64,000 bases of DNA, taken from assembly GCA_000388065.2 (NCBI GenBank), contig KB932203.1; one strand, 5' to 3'. Source of the DNA: Fonticula alba ATCC 38817 (lineage: Eukaryota > Protista > Nucleariida). The notes under the pieces were generated by a model. The model searched no databases, was not told the origin of the DNA, and saw only the letters and a program-made list of their open reading frames with translations. Positions 27,401 through 42,804 of this stretch are shown here, piece after piece (the first letter of the stretch is position 1; the number at the start of each line of letters is the position of its first letter). The position numbers and the translations under genes were made by a program.

Positions 27401-30400
27401 ATGACTCTCACCCCGGTCAAACGCCCGGAGCCCAAGCAGCTCCGGGCCCACGTCATCCAGGAAACAGTGGATACGGTAGTCTCAGCGGAGGCAGCACGTC
27501 TGGCCGAGGGGCCCGAGTGGCTGACCCAGTCCCAGGAAAAGTATGATCTCTTGGTCCTTGTGTCCTCCCCCCTGCTCTCCCCCCCCCCCCTCATCCCTTT
27601 CTCTTGCCCTCCCTGGCCTCCTGCTTCAGGTACTGACCTCGTTTCCTACTGTGGGACCGCGGCCCGGCCGACAGTCATGGCCTGCCACTGAGTGTCGAGC
27701 GCTCCTTCGCATCATTTCCCGTCTGGGAGCTGACGCACTACCTGTTCGGTGGTCGCGAGCGCGCCGAGGTACATGCCGTGACCTGCTGCCTTGCCATGCC
27801 TTCCTGGGCTAACTCCCCCCTCGTCCCACGGCTCTGCAGCACCGCGAGCGGCTGATGTCAGATATTGAGCGTGACCCCTCCTTCATGATGCTCGACCTGA
27901 AGCACGACCTGCCAATGGGGTCTGTTCGCGAGGCGACCCTCCGCCGGGTGCGCATGGCTTCCAAGTCCCCTGCCTGTCTTTCACCCTGGGCAACATCTCT
28001 TACTCCTCCCTTGCCTGTTGCGGTTCGCAGGCCCGAAACTTCACCGAAACCATCCTCGAAGAGCACGAGTCCGTGACGCGCATGCGCTTTGATGTTTTGG
28101 CCATGGTCGATCCCTCCTTCATGACCCGCGTCGGGGTGCACGTGCGTTTGCCACCGCTCCCCCATCCCAGTGGCCACCGCTCTTTCTCCCTTTCTCTCTC
28201 TCTCTCTCTCTCTGTCTGTCTCTCTCCCTGGTCAATATCAGCTTCCTGACACCCCTCATGCCAGTACGCGCTCTTTTGGGGGACCATCCGCGGGCAGGGG
28301 ACCACCGAACAGATCGTGGACCTGGCCTCACAGGGGATGCTCCTGCTGAAGGACTTCTTCGGGTGCTTCGCCATGACGGAGCTCGGGCACGGGTCCAATG
28401 TGGCTGGCCTGCAAACTACGGCCACCTTCATGCCGGAGTCCGACGAGTTCGAGCTGCATACCCCTTCGCTGCTGGCCACCAAGTGGTGGATCGGCGGGGC
28501 GGCCGAATCGGCCACCCATGCGGTTGTCTTTGCGCGGCTCCTGTCCAATGGGACTGACTATGGTGTGCGGCCTTTCGTGGTGCAGCTGCGCCATCCCCAG
28601 GACTTTGCCCTGTGCTTCGGGGTCACCATCGGCGATTGCGGGGCCAAGATGGGTCGGCATGGCATCGACAATGGTTGGATTCAATTCAACCGGGTGCGTA
28701 TCCCGCGGCGGGCCATGCTGGCGCGCCATGTGTCCATCAACCGGGCTGGTGTGGTGCGAGAGCGGGCTCGCGGCTCGCGGCAGCTGGCCTACGGAGCGCT
28801 GATCACGGCTCGAGTGCAGATTGCGGTTGATGCCTCGAATGCCTGCAAGCGAGCCATCACCATTGCCGTGCGCTATGCCGCTGTGCGGCGGCAATTCAGC
28901 CCGCATCCCGAGGCCCCGGAGACCCGGCTGCTGGATTACCCCAGTCACCAGGCTCGGCTGATGCCCCTGCTGGCGGATGCCTTTGCCATTCACTTTGCCG
29001 CGGAGCGGACCCAGCTCCAGCAGCAGGCATGCTCCGAGCTGCTGGAGGCCGTGAGCCTGGCCTCCGATGAGGGCCTTGACGAGGACCTGTCCGACGATGA
29101 GGATGGCACGACCACCGTCACCACCGTCGCCACGACCACCGGCGCCACGGACAGTGGCACTGCGGCCGCCGGAGCCGGGGTCGGTGGCGGGGCCGGGGTC
29201 GGCGGGGCCGTTGGCGATCCCACCGCCGGGGAGTATGGCGATGGCGAGCTGACCGCGGCGGCTGGGGATTCCTCCAATGACATTGGCTCTGGCGGTGGCG
29301 GTCGTCGCCGGGGCGGCGGGGTCAATGGCCCGGCCATCGAGGTCCCCGAGTCGCCGTTGGCTGTCCGCGCGTTGGCCGATTTGAAGGCCCTCCATGGCAC
29401 GGCCTCCGGGCTGAAGGCCCACAGCACCTGGCTGGCGCAGCGGGTGATCGAGGAGTGTCGCCAGTCGCTTGGTGGTCATGGGTACTCCTCGTACGCCGGG
29501 CTGGCCTCGCTTCAGGCGGACTTTGTTGTCCAGTGCACCTGGGATGGCGACAACACGGTGATGGCCCTGCAGTGTGGCCGGTACCTGGTGGCCTGTTGGC
29601 GCGACCGCACCGGACGCGCGGGGCTCTCCTCCAACTTGGCGTATTTGGCCACGCTGGAGCAGGCCCTGGCGTACCGGTCTCCGGCGCGCCGCGCGGCGGA
29701 CTTCCAGCGTCTTGACCGTGCGTCATTTTGGGGCATCCCCTCCGCCAGGCCTTCGCCTCTCAATGCCCCACTAACGTTTCTCTTTCTCCTTTTCCCTTTC
29801 TGCCTTTCGGTCTTTCGGTCTTTCTGTCTTTCTGGCTTTCTCGCCCTCTCTCCGCTTCCCTCCCTTTCATCGCATGCAGTCCTGGTTCAGCTCTATTCCT
29901 CAGTCTGTGCGCATCTGGTGGACACGGCCGGCGTGAAGATTGAGCAATACCTCTCTCCCGCGGGCGGGAACATGAGCCCGGATGAGGCCTACCGGGAAGC
30001 CGGTATGTGTGATGCCCTTGGCCCTTCTAACTGGACACTTCATCTGCCCACTGACTCCTTTCCCACTGTGCCGCCTCTTTAGCTCCGGAGCTCCTGCGTG
30101 CTGCGCGTGCCCACTGCCTGGGGTACATGTTGCGTCAATTTGCCGAGGCGGTGACCGCTGCCCCGGCTTCTCTGCGCCCTCCTCTGGAAAAGGTCCGCTG
30201 CCACCACGTCGCACGTCCTTCCCCCTTTTTTTTTGGGCCCCTCGGACGCTACTTGTTTGGTTTCTGGTTTTTTTTTCCCCCCTTCCTCGCGCGCTGACCC
30301 ATTGCTCAATGTAGCTGTGTGCACTTTTCGGCCTGCATCATCTGATCGAGTCGGCTGGGGCCCTGTGTGCCATTGCTCTCGAGAAGAGCTTCCTCTCCCC

Positions 30401-30719
30401 GGAGCAGCTGCGTGACGCACGAGACTGCTACCGGGCGCTGATGCCGGAGATCCGAGCTGATGCCGTGCCGTTGGTGGACTCCTTCGCCCTGCCGGACTTC
30501 ATCCTGGCGTCGCCCTTCGGCCGGTATGATGGCGATGTGTATCGTGCCTACTTCGATCGGGTCAAGTTCGGTAGTACCCTCAGCAATGAGGCAGCCCGAG
30601 CTGCAGGGGGGTCCGGCGATCGCCGGGCCACTTCCGGCCCCGTGCGCCTGACCGGCCAGGAGCATCCGTACTTCGAGTCCCAGTTGAAGCCGCTCTTCCG
30701 GCGGACCCTGCCTGAGTAG
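27401..30719 (+). CDS. ACOX: Acyl-CoA oxidase (peroxisomal ACOX/POX1 family)
   Basis: Motifs GVH|YALFWGTIRGQGT, GCFAMTELGHGSNVAGL.TTATF, LATKWWIGGAA, KMGRHGIDNGWIQF, AVRYAAVRRQF, CRQSLGGHGY, QCTWDGDNTV, DAVPLVDSF and PFGRYDGDVY. Multi-exon. Confidence 0.95.
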
Positions 30720-31392
30720 CGCCCGACGCATTGTTCCGCCCCCCCCCCTCCCCTCCCCCCCTCGCCCTGCCCCTCTCCCCCTCTCAGCGGTTTCCACATC
30801 TCCACATGTCCACACGCGGACACACGCGCACACGCGCACCGATATGTACACACATACATCCCTCTTTTTTTTTGGCCATCCTTGTGATCCATCATGCACA
30901 AGTGGGCCTGAGTGCCCCCAGGCGGCCATCGGCGATTGTTTGCGACCTTCAGCTGCTCGGCCACTCTTCACCTGGCGGCCCCGGCGAGCATCGTGGTATT
31001 CGCCGCATCCCCACATGTGCGAGCCATCGCGACCACATCAGGCAGGGAGGGAGGTGGGACGGGGGGGGGGGATCAACAAAAAGGAAGAGGAGCATGCCTG
31101 CAGCCTGGGCCCCAAAGTACGCGGTGGGAGGGCTCCCAGGACCGACCGAGCCGCAGCATACCATGCACAGCCATCCACAACTTGAAGGGCCATTTCCTCC
31201 AACGGGAAGGGGGAAAAAGCCCGGTGAGAGAGGAGAGATCATTGGGTTTGTTCATTTTCTTCAGCAGGCGGTGGGGGGAGAGGGGGGGAGGGGGGGGAAT
31301 GTATTTATGGCTTTTTACTTTTTGCAATCAACATCCGCGGGCGCACTCACGCAGTGGTGCGCGGCGTTCATCCACAGAGAGGAGAGACCGTC

Positions 31393-33928
31393 TTAGAAGT
31401 GAACATCACCACGGGAAGCACGGCCGAAAACCGGACGACCACCATTCGCAAGGCGGGGCACGAGAGAATGGTGGTAGGCGGCGATGGCGCGATTGAGCGA
31501 CCGCTTGGGGAAGTTGTCATTCAGGCGCTTGAGCTCGCTCGGAGGCAGGTAGCAGCGCTGGGACTGGTTCAGCTCAGGGTAGGTCTCATCGGTCACATTG
31601 AAGGTGGCCAGCACGTTGTTGGTGACCGTGCAGATGACATCCAGGGGGATGTTGAAGTCCCGGAGGCGGCCGTCCACCAGAATGTGGAAGGTAACCTCAC
31701 TGGTGGAGGCATACACGTCGCGGTTGGTCGTGACGTTGGAGGCATGCGGCCCACGAGCGACTACCTTGAACTTGGGGGGAGTCCGGGGCGCGAGGAGGGG
31801 GCCCTCCCGGGGCAGGTCGAAAAGAGCCAGGTGAACCTTGAAGTGGAAGGAGCTGATGTCATTCACCTGGCGGCCGGAGGAGAAGCCGTGGAGCCGAGAC
31901 AGCTGGCTGTGAATCGTGACGCCCGAGTCGGGATCCATGGTGATGGTGGTGGTGGCGGTGGGGCCCGTGGAGGCAGTGGTATCGGCGGCAGTGCCGGCGG
32001 TGCTGAGGGTGGAGGGCTGGACAACACTCGGGAGCTGGGAGGGGGCCGGGCTCACAGGCATAGGGGTGCCAATGGTCACCGGCGAGAAGGGCGACACGCC
32101 CGACTGGGAAAAGGAACCCTTGCGGGGCAGCGGGCTAACGGAAAAGATCCGATGCAGCTTGGAGACCCCCGGGGCCGGAGTCAAAACAGCCGGGCACTCC
32201 TCTTGAGCCGGGGGAGCCGCACCGGCCGGCGGCGCGACAAGATTGGGACCAGCAGTGGCAGCAGGAATGACAGCAGGAGCGGCAGCAGGAGCGGCAGCAG
32301 GAGCGGCAGCAGCGACGGTGTCGTCCCCGGGGAAGACCTTGTCGGAGATGCGCTGCACCGAGGCCTCCAGGGCGGCCAGGCGCTGGCTTAGGTCATCAAG
32401 TTCCGACAGCACACTGAGCATCATCTGACGGCGGGGCATAGCCCGGCGACCAGGGTGATGATGGCCGAACTCCCCGCGCTTCGGGGACTCTGCGCCGCCA
32501 TTCTGCTGCTCCTGCTGGTGAGGATGGGAGTGGGGACCAAAGGGGCAATGGCGGCTGCCAGCACGCTCGGTCGACACACCGCAGCGGCCGCCGCGGGGGC
32601 GTCCCCAACCGCCAATCGGGTGGCCCTCCTCATCGGCGACCCGCATGTGGGGGAACATGCGGATGGGATAGCGGCCATACTTCCGGCGGTTATGGGGGCC
32701 GCCAGCGGCGACCGGCGCCCCGGTGCCCGCATTGTCGGCAGCAGCGCGCGCGTACTCCGAGATGGCGTGGAAGAGGCCGCGCTGCAGGCACTTAACCTGA
32801 CCATAGACATTGCTCATCAGCGCCTGGAAGTCGTTCGGCTGGTAATGCTCATCGAAGACATTGCAGTCGGCAGGGAGAGGGGCCGACGACTCGCTGGCGA
32901 CGTCGGCCTCGCTGTCGCCCCCCCCGTCGAGTTCCAGGTCGGACTCCGAGTCCGAGCTATCGTCCGAGTAGGACTCCACAAGGCAGGGCGAGGAGGCGAG
33001 ATCCTCAGAGGGATCGGCCGGCTTGTCGAGGAACTCGGCTGCTTGGAGGTCTTCCTCAACATGCTCGGGGGAGGTGTCCTGCGAGACAGGAGGAGCCTCG
33101 GTGGCAGGAGGGGCCTCGGTGGCGGGAGGGGCCTCGGTGGCAGGAGGGGCCTCGGTGGCAGGAGGGGCCTCGGTGGCAGGGGAAGCCCCCGTCCGGACCG
33201 GCTGCTGGGGGAGGAGGTCCAACGAGGTGAGAAGCCCGCGCACCAGGCGCGCGGCGTCCTCATTCAAGCCCAGGGCGCTGGTCACCATGTCAAAGTCCAG
33301 GGGCAGGACTGGGTGGCGGGGGGTGGCACCCGTGTCCGCACGAGGAGTCTGACCAGCGGGCTCGGGGGCATCTTCCACCGCCTCGGCGGCCTCGGCGGCT
33401 TCGGCAGCCTCGACCGCCGCGATGGCGGCGACTGCCTCGGCCTCATCAGCCTCGTCAGTGGCGGCCGCGGCGGAGGCGACCTCGTCGAAGTCCAGGAGTT
33501 CCGGAACCTGGACAGGTGGCTGCGGGGGCGCCAGCGAGGCGAACTCCGTGTCCAGCAGCAGCAGGTCGCCAGACTGGATGCATGCCTGAATGGCCGCCTG
33601 GAGACCATCGGTGTCCGTGATGCGGATCAGCTCCCCGGTCACCGGATGGTGGTAGGAGAAGCGGATGTAGCTCGGGCGGTAGGGGAGGTTCTGGGTCTTG
33701 ATGGCGGCGAGGGCCTGTGCATCAGGGGGAAAGGGAATGGGCCGAGGAGGCTCCGGGTCAGTGGACATGGGGGCGGGGAGGGGATGCGGCAAGCACACCG
33801 GATCATGGCAGGCGCGATGCATGACGGACCATGGAGAGGAAGGTGTTGAATTCGATCGGAGTGCTGATCTTGATGGACAGCGGCTCGGGAATCGACGGGT
33901 TGAGGAGATAAATGTAATTCTGCATCAT
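31393..33928 (-). CDS. Uncharacterised protein: N-terminal PB1/beta-grasp-like domain, acidic low-complexity region, coiled coil, beta-rich C-terminal domain
   Basis: ATG at 33928 in a gccgccgccaccATG context. Exon 1 is 33928-33830, then a GTCCGT...CTGAC...CAG intron, then exon 2 33714-31393, open and in frame. RFSYHHPVTGELIRITDTDGLQAAI resembles the PB1 acidic hairpin. The heptad segment is LSELDDLSQRLAALEASVQRI. Confidence 0.8.
33088..33177 (-). repeat. 18-bp coding tandem repeat x5 encoding (ATEAPP)5
   Basis: The unit AGGAGGGGCCTCGGTGGC is repeated five times on the + strand with minor variants. Confidence 0.9.
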
Positions 33929-36336
33929 GGTGGCGGCGGCCGCGGAGCGGGTGGCGACGTGTTGACGTGTGCTCTGGGGAAGTGTGTGTGCGTGTGTGCG
34001 TGCAGTGGAGGGGAGAGGAGGGGTTCCGAGGGGTGTTGGAGGGAAGCGTGTGGGGTTGGTGGTGTTCAGGCATGCTTACCCGATCGACAGGCGGCTTCTT
34101 AAATAGGTAACGCAGAGTGGCCGCGTATTAGGCCAGATCGTAGAAGGGACCTGGGGGGGGGGGGGGGGGCGGGGGGGGCAAGCAATCCGGGCATGTGACG
34201 GAGACCAGAGACCCCGACAGGGGGGGCTGACACAATCGGCCGCGCACGACGCGCGACAACACCACACATACCCAGACTCGGCCGCCGGAATCCGGATGTG
34301 TACCGATCGGGGGGAAACTGGAGAAGGAGCGGGGACACACGCCCCCCTCCCCAGCCATTTGTCCGCCCGTTGCTTTGCTGCCTTCGTGCACTGCCGATCA
34401 CTGGATGGCGAAGCTATCCGCAGGGAGGTCGATGGAAGGCCGGCTTGTGAGAGAGGGAGCCCAAGCGCAAGAATTGGGGTATTATTTTGGCGGTCCGATC
34501 ATATACCCAATCTGTTGCGTCGGCTGCCCTACTTTCTCCCAGGCGAGGGACCGGGACGGCGGGGACTTCTTCGCGGGGCGGTTGTCCCGGAAATGGGTCC
34601 GGCGTCTGGGCAGCCGGCCCTGAGAAGGGGGACATGTTGCCCAGGTCTGGTGCAGACATTCCCCCCCCCCCCCCCCGCCGGACGGTCTGCCCAACCAAAC
34701 CCAGGAACCGGGGTGAGTGCCAGGGGATTCCCGGCGACGTTGGCCGCCAGCGAGCCCCCACGGGGAGGGAGGGAGGATGGCCAGGCAGCGGCCGGGCAGC
34801 GGCCGGGCCGGCGGACGAGCCGTCGTGGCCAAGAGGGAGGCTCTTGCGCCATACTTGCGAGCACGCCTGTGGAAAGGGGGCCTGGAACGCCCCCCCAAAG
34901 GGGCATGTCGGTGTCCTGCCCCTCTGGGCACCCAAAGTGCCAATGGACGGGCGTCTTTGGCAGCTCCGCCGCCAACTCGGGGGCATCCCCCCCCCCCAGC
35001 GCTTCACCTGTTTGGGCCCCGTGCCGAAAGGAGCAAGGGACGCGCTGGGAAAAAGCCCTGTGCGCCTGCCCCCGCGCCAGGCTCACCTGCCTGGAAGCCC
35101 TCGCCCGGCCGTCGATCGATCGGCTTCGAGACCCCCCCTCCCCGGCCCTCCCCGGCCCTCCCCTGGCCCTCCCCGGCTCACCGCGCCATTAGCGTTCAGG
35201 GGCCCCCCCGTGCGGATCATATGCCCTTGCGTTGGGCTTTGGGGCCCCGCCCCGCCCAGACCTTCGGTCACTCATGCACCACTCTCCGGGTGTGCTCGCC
35301 CCCCCTTCCAAGGAGGTACATTTGCTCCGGCTGCCGGGGCCCTCCTGCCGCCCTCAAGCTCCTGCGCCTTCTTTTCCTGAGTGCCTCTTTGCATTCCGCC
35401 GCCACTCGTCTCACAGGCCGAAATGGGTAAGGGCGAGCCGCATCACGGGCCCCGCCCGCCAGCCCCGGCGTCCTGCCCTGCCTGAGGTGAGTCGTTCAAG
35501 GCAGGGGAGCACGCTCGATCGCGCACCGACGGCTGGCGCGGGCCGGAGGCCAGGCTGCCTGGCGCCCCCCTCCTGCCTGTTATGTTGTGTGCTCTTCCCC
35601 CCGGCCCTGCTCCCCCAGCCCTGTGTCCTGCTCGCTTTCTGCCTGCCTCCTTCGCCCTCTCCAGCCCCCCCCCCCCCCGATACATGGGCCAGGGTGCACG
35701 CACCCCGACGCGCACGTCCAGACGTGCACATTGTGTGGGAGTGGGTTCATTTTATTGTTGTTTCTTGGCCCGGTTCTCCGAAGCCGCGGAGATGGGCGCA
35801 TGCGTAGGTGGGGGTATGTGTGTAGACACACGTGTTTGTGCTTCTGTACTCTCCTGTCGCCTCTATGCGCGGCGCGCTGCCTGGTCGGCGCGTGATGGCC
35901 CGCCATCACACCGGAAAAATAAAGACCGCCTGCTTTGGGGCCTCTCGCGAGCAAGGCCCCGCCGCAGGGCGTTCCCCCTCGCGAGCGGGGGCGGAGCATG
36001 CCTCCGCCCGGCTAGCGCCTCCGCCGCGTCACAACGGGGCCATAGCGTGGAGCACAAAGGCACACACACAAACACACACATACATACACGGAAGAGACAG
36101 ACAGAGAGACGGGAACGTCCACACCCCTCCAAGGGGAAGGGGCGCGACGCTGTTCTCCCGCGCCTTCCTGGCCTCAGTTCCTCGGCCCTTGGTTCACTAT
36201 CTTTCTCTGGCTCCTCCCCCTCGCGCGCGCGCGCGCGCGCTCTCGCTCCCCCTCTCTCCGCCTACCCGTGCCGCCTCTCTGGCAGACCCGGCATCGGGGG
36301 GAGGGGGAGGGGGGGAGGCCGTCTTGCACGCCCCTC

Positions 36337-39390
<3,054 letters not shown>

Positions 39391-39453
39391 ACTGCGAACT
39401 GGGAGAGGTGGTACTTGCAGGGGGAAGGCCTGGGCAGCTCGTCGGAGGGGCGA

Positions 39454-39502
<49 letters not shown>

Positions 39503-39705
39503 AGGGGGGGGGAGGCGAGGGGAGAGGGGAAAACGCGCGCGCGAAAGGATGGCTGGCGATCGTTCGATCGCTCGGGTGTAATGTGGCAGGCGAAAAAGGG
39601 AAGCAGGGCGGCGCATTCATGCTTGCCGCATGCTAGCCGGCCGGGGCCGGGGCGGGCTGCTTTTTTCCCCTCCCCCCCCCCATACACACACATCTTTCTC
39701 TCTCT

Positions 39706-39738
<33 letters not shown>

Positions 39739-42292
39739 CCTTTCTGCCCCAATCAAGCCGTCTGCCCGGGCCCGGGCCATCTTTCCAGGCCCAAGCCATC
39801 CCTGTCGGGCCATGCTCACCCGGGGACCTCCTCTCCTCGGCCGCACCAAAGACAAAGGCTCTGGCGGATTTTCCCCTTCGGCCCCGAGGGCCGGTTGTCC
39901 GATGTCCCCTACCCTCATCCACACTCTCGCCCGCCTCTACTCTCTTTCTCGCTCGGCCCCCTCGCCCGTGCCGAGCAATTCCCCCCCTAGTCCCCCCTCG
40001 ACGGGACGCAGGAAGGCCGAGATCGGATAGCAGGAGGCATGGCGATAGGATTGTCACCTGGAGCGATGTTCATCTCCACGAGGGGGCCTTTACCGCCAGA
40101 CATCTGAAAGGGGGTAGCCGCGATGCTAGGGGGAGGGGGGGGGGGCGGGGCGGGGCGTTAGCATGTTGCCGCGGCGGGAGGGGCAAGGGGGGCCAGATCA
40201 CCCTGCAGAGGCTTGGCCGAGTGGGCCCCGAGCCGAGTACCAATTGCCGAGTGGCCGCTGATCTTGATCTCGACTGACCGATTCTACAAGCTCCCAGGGC
40301 AGGGGGCGGGCGTGGAGCGGGGGCCTCCCTTGCACGGGGCTGATCTTCAGATTCACATCTAATTCACCTGGAATGGGATCTACGGTGGGAGTAGGGCTTT
40401 TGCGAAGCGCAACCACCCCCTGAATCGCGCGCGACGGCCGCCACAAGCATGTCCGCCCACATCCTTCACCGTTCGCGCTTCGCCGGCCGCCATGGCCCCC
40501 AAAGGGCCGGGGTTGCGGCCGGAGACCGAGAGAGGGGGGCGAAGGAGGGGGAGGGCGAGAAGGCGCGAGGGGACTCGGGCTCCCATGTACAGCACACGCA
40601 TCGGCGGTCACGAATGTCGACATGGCCGCCGAATGATGCAGTTGTGTCATCTGGGGCACAGGGTCGCCCTGGCGTTCCGGCCTTGCTCACAGTGAAAGAG
40701 GCGGCACCTTGGCGGCCGTTGTTTCGGCCAACATGGGGCCAGGGAGCACGCACAACCAAGCAGTGGCAACGACAGACGCCGTACCGCCAATCCGCCCCAC
40801 CCAAACGGCCAATATCCCCCGCCCCCAATGCCCTGTGCTCGGCTGCGCTGCGCCGCGCCCTCTCGTCGGCTCGTGCCCTCCTCGCCACCCGCTACCCTCT
40901 GGCCCCCGGCCCCCTGGATGAAGGGGGGCGGGCGGACAATCGGCAACCCCTTCTCGGACAGCCAGGCAAACCGATGCTGCCAGGTCGTTTAGGGCTCGAG
41001 AAGCCGCATGCATTCCGTGAGGACCATGCCCCCCTGCGCTGGTATCCCCTCATCACCCCCCCGGGAGGGGGCGAGCGAGCGAGCGAGCGAGCGAGAGACG
41101 GACCAAGAAGGAGGAACGGAAGCGCATGCCAAGGGCTCCCAGAGCGCGGACACAGGCGCACCCGCTCCATTGGCAACTATCCGGGGCCGGGGAATGCAAG
41201 CACACCCAAGGAGCCCACACGCCGGGGCCGGCTACTGTCGACATTGGCCGACGTTCGGGCCGCATGCGTGGTCCCAGCCCCCGGGAGGTCCAGTACGTCA
41301 TCTACTGACCAGCACACACTGAGGGCTTGGCGGCGCTCGAACTTGACCTGTGATGGGCTCCGATGGCGGTGTTAGACGGATACCCAACTCACTCGTCGCT
41401 TCTTCTCTCTCTCTCTCCCTCTCTCTCCCTCTCTCACCCCCATGGGGCCACATACACCCACACACGCACTCGCTCCGGGCGCGCCCCGCACATCGGGAAC
41501 CTTAAATGTCACGGGGCGCGGCGATTGGTCCGCCATACACGAGCACACGCATTCCCAACCTCCCCGCCTCGGGAGAAGACGGTCCAGGTGGCCGGAGCGC
41601 TCACACTCGGTGACCATCCGGCCCCGGGAGGGGGATGCCCAGCTGGGTTTCCTGCACGGATCCCCCTTCGGCAGAGTTCGCAGCCCACAAGCGCGAATTA
41701 CCCCACAAGCACGATCGTGGAGTAGTCCCGATGCCGGAATTAAACCGAACACACCTAGAATGACGTTCTATGACGTAACGCTCCAAATCAACTCCCAATG
41801 CTCCGACGCAGCATTCCGCATTCCTACTCGGTGGACTGGCAGATGCCGCCAAATCTAGCGAGGGCATGCTGAAATCTAAGACCATCATCCTCAGGCTGGG
41901 TGCCTTCACCAGGGCACTGGTCGAACCGCCAGGTCGATTTGCATTTGTTTCCCATGGCTCCGGTGCGGCCCGAGCCCCGGCCGTGGTGTGGTGGTCGAGG
42001 TGGGCCCGGGGCCATTCCCACCGGTCTCTGTCCCTCGGGCCCCGCTCTGCCCTCGTTTCCCCCCCCCCGGGGGGGGGGGGGGGGGGGGGGGTACGTCTCG
42101 GGGTCATCCATAGGCAGGCAGGACAGTTGTGTCCCTTCCGCGCCATGCCAATCCCAGCCTTGACTCGCTGATGAGGGTGGATGTGCCCGGTAGGCTCCAA
42201 GTCTCCACCGGGCGTGGAAAGGGGAGAGAGCAGGTCCAGGCCCCGGGAGAGGAGGACCCCTGGGTGGGCGTTGGTCCATGTCCATGTACACG

Positions 42293-42330
<38 letters not shown>

Positions 42331-42804
42331 CCTCGCCCTTTTTGTGCTCTCCACAGTCCCTCTCACCCCTGACACGCCATATAGCTTCCGGAGAAGACGC
42401 ACTCAGGCATAGGGTGCCCCTGTCCTTGCTATGAGAGGGCGCACCCAGTAGGGGAGGGGCTCTCGTTCGAGGGTATGTTGCCTCCCACTTGCCTAGTTGC
42501 CTGTCCCACCGCACTTTCGCCTCTCCTCTCCTGCCCGCACAGCGACCGGCCATTGCCATAGAGCCGTCCTTCGAGGCGCCCGACTCTGAGTGGGCAGTCT
42601 TTTTCACTTTTCCAGCGTAAACCAGGCTCACGAGATCATCCGAGACAGCCCAACAAATCCACGACCCCCCTGACGCACAGATATACTCAGCCAACATCCT
42701 CTCGCACACACACACACACACACACACGCAAGCACACATAGGCCCCACCGAAGTACGCCCTCGCGCGAGCAGACTCGCCACGATACACATGGGCGATCGC
42801 CCAA

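Noticed and set aside
22249-30719. RFK near FAD-dependent ACOX, and three lipid enzymes in one window, as a metabolic gene cluster
   Set aside because: They are interspersed with unrelated housekeeping genes and there is no evidence of co-regulation.
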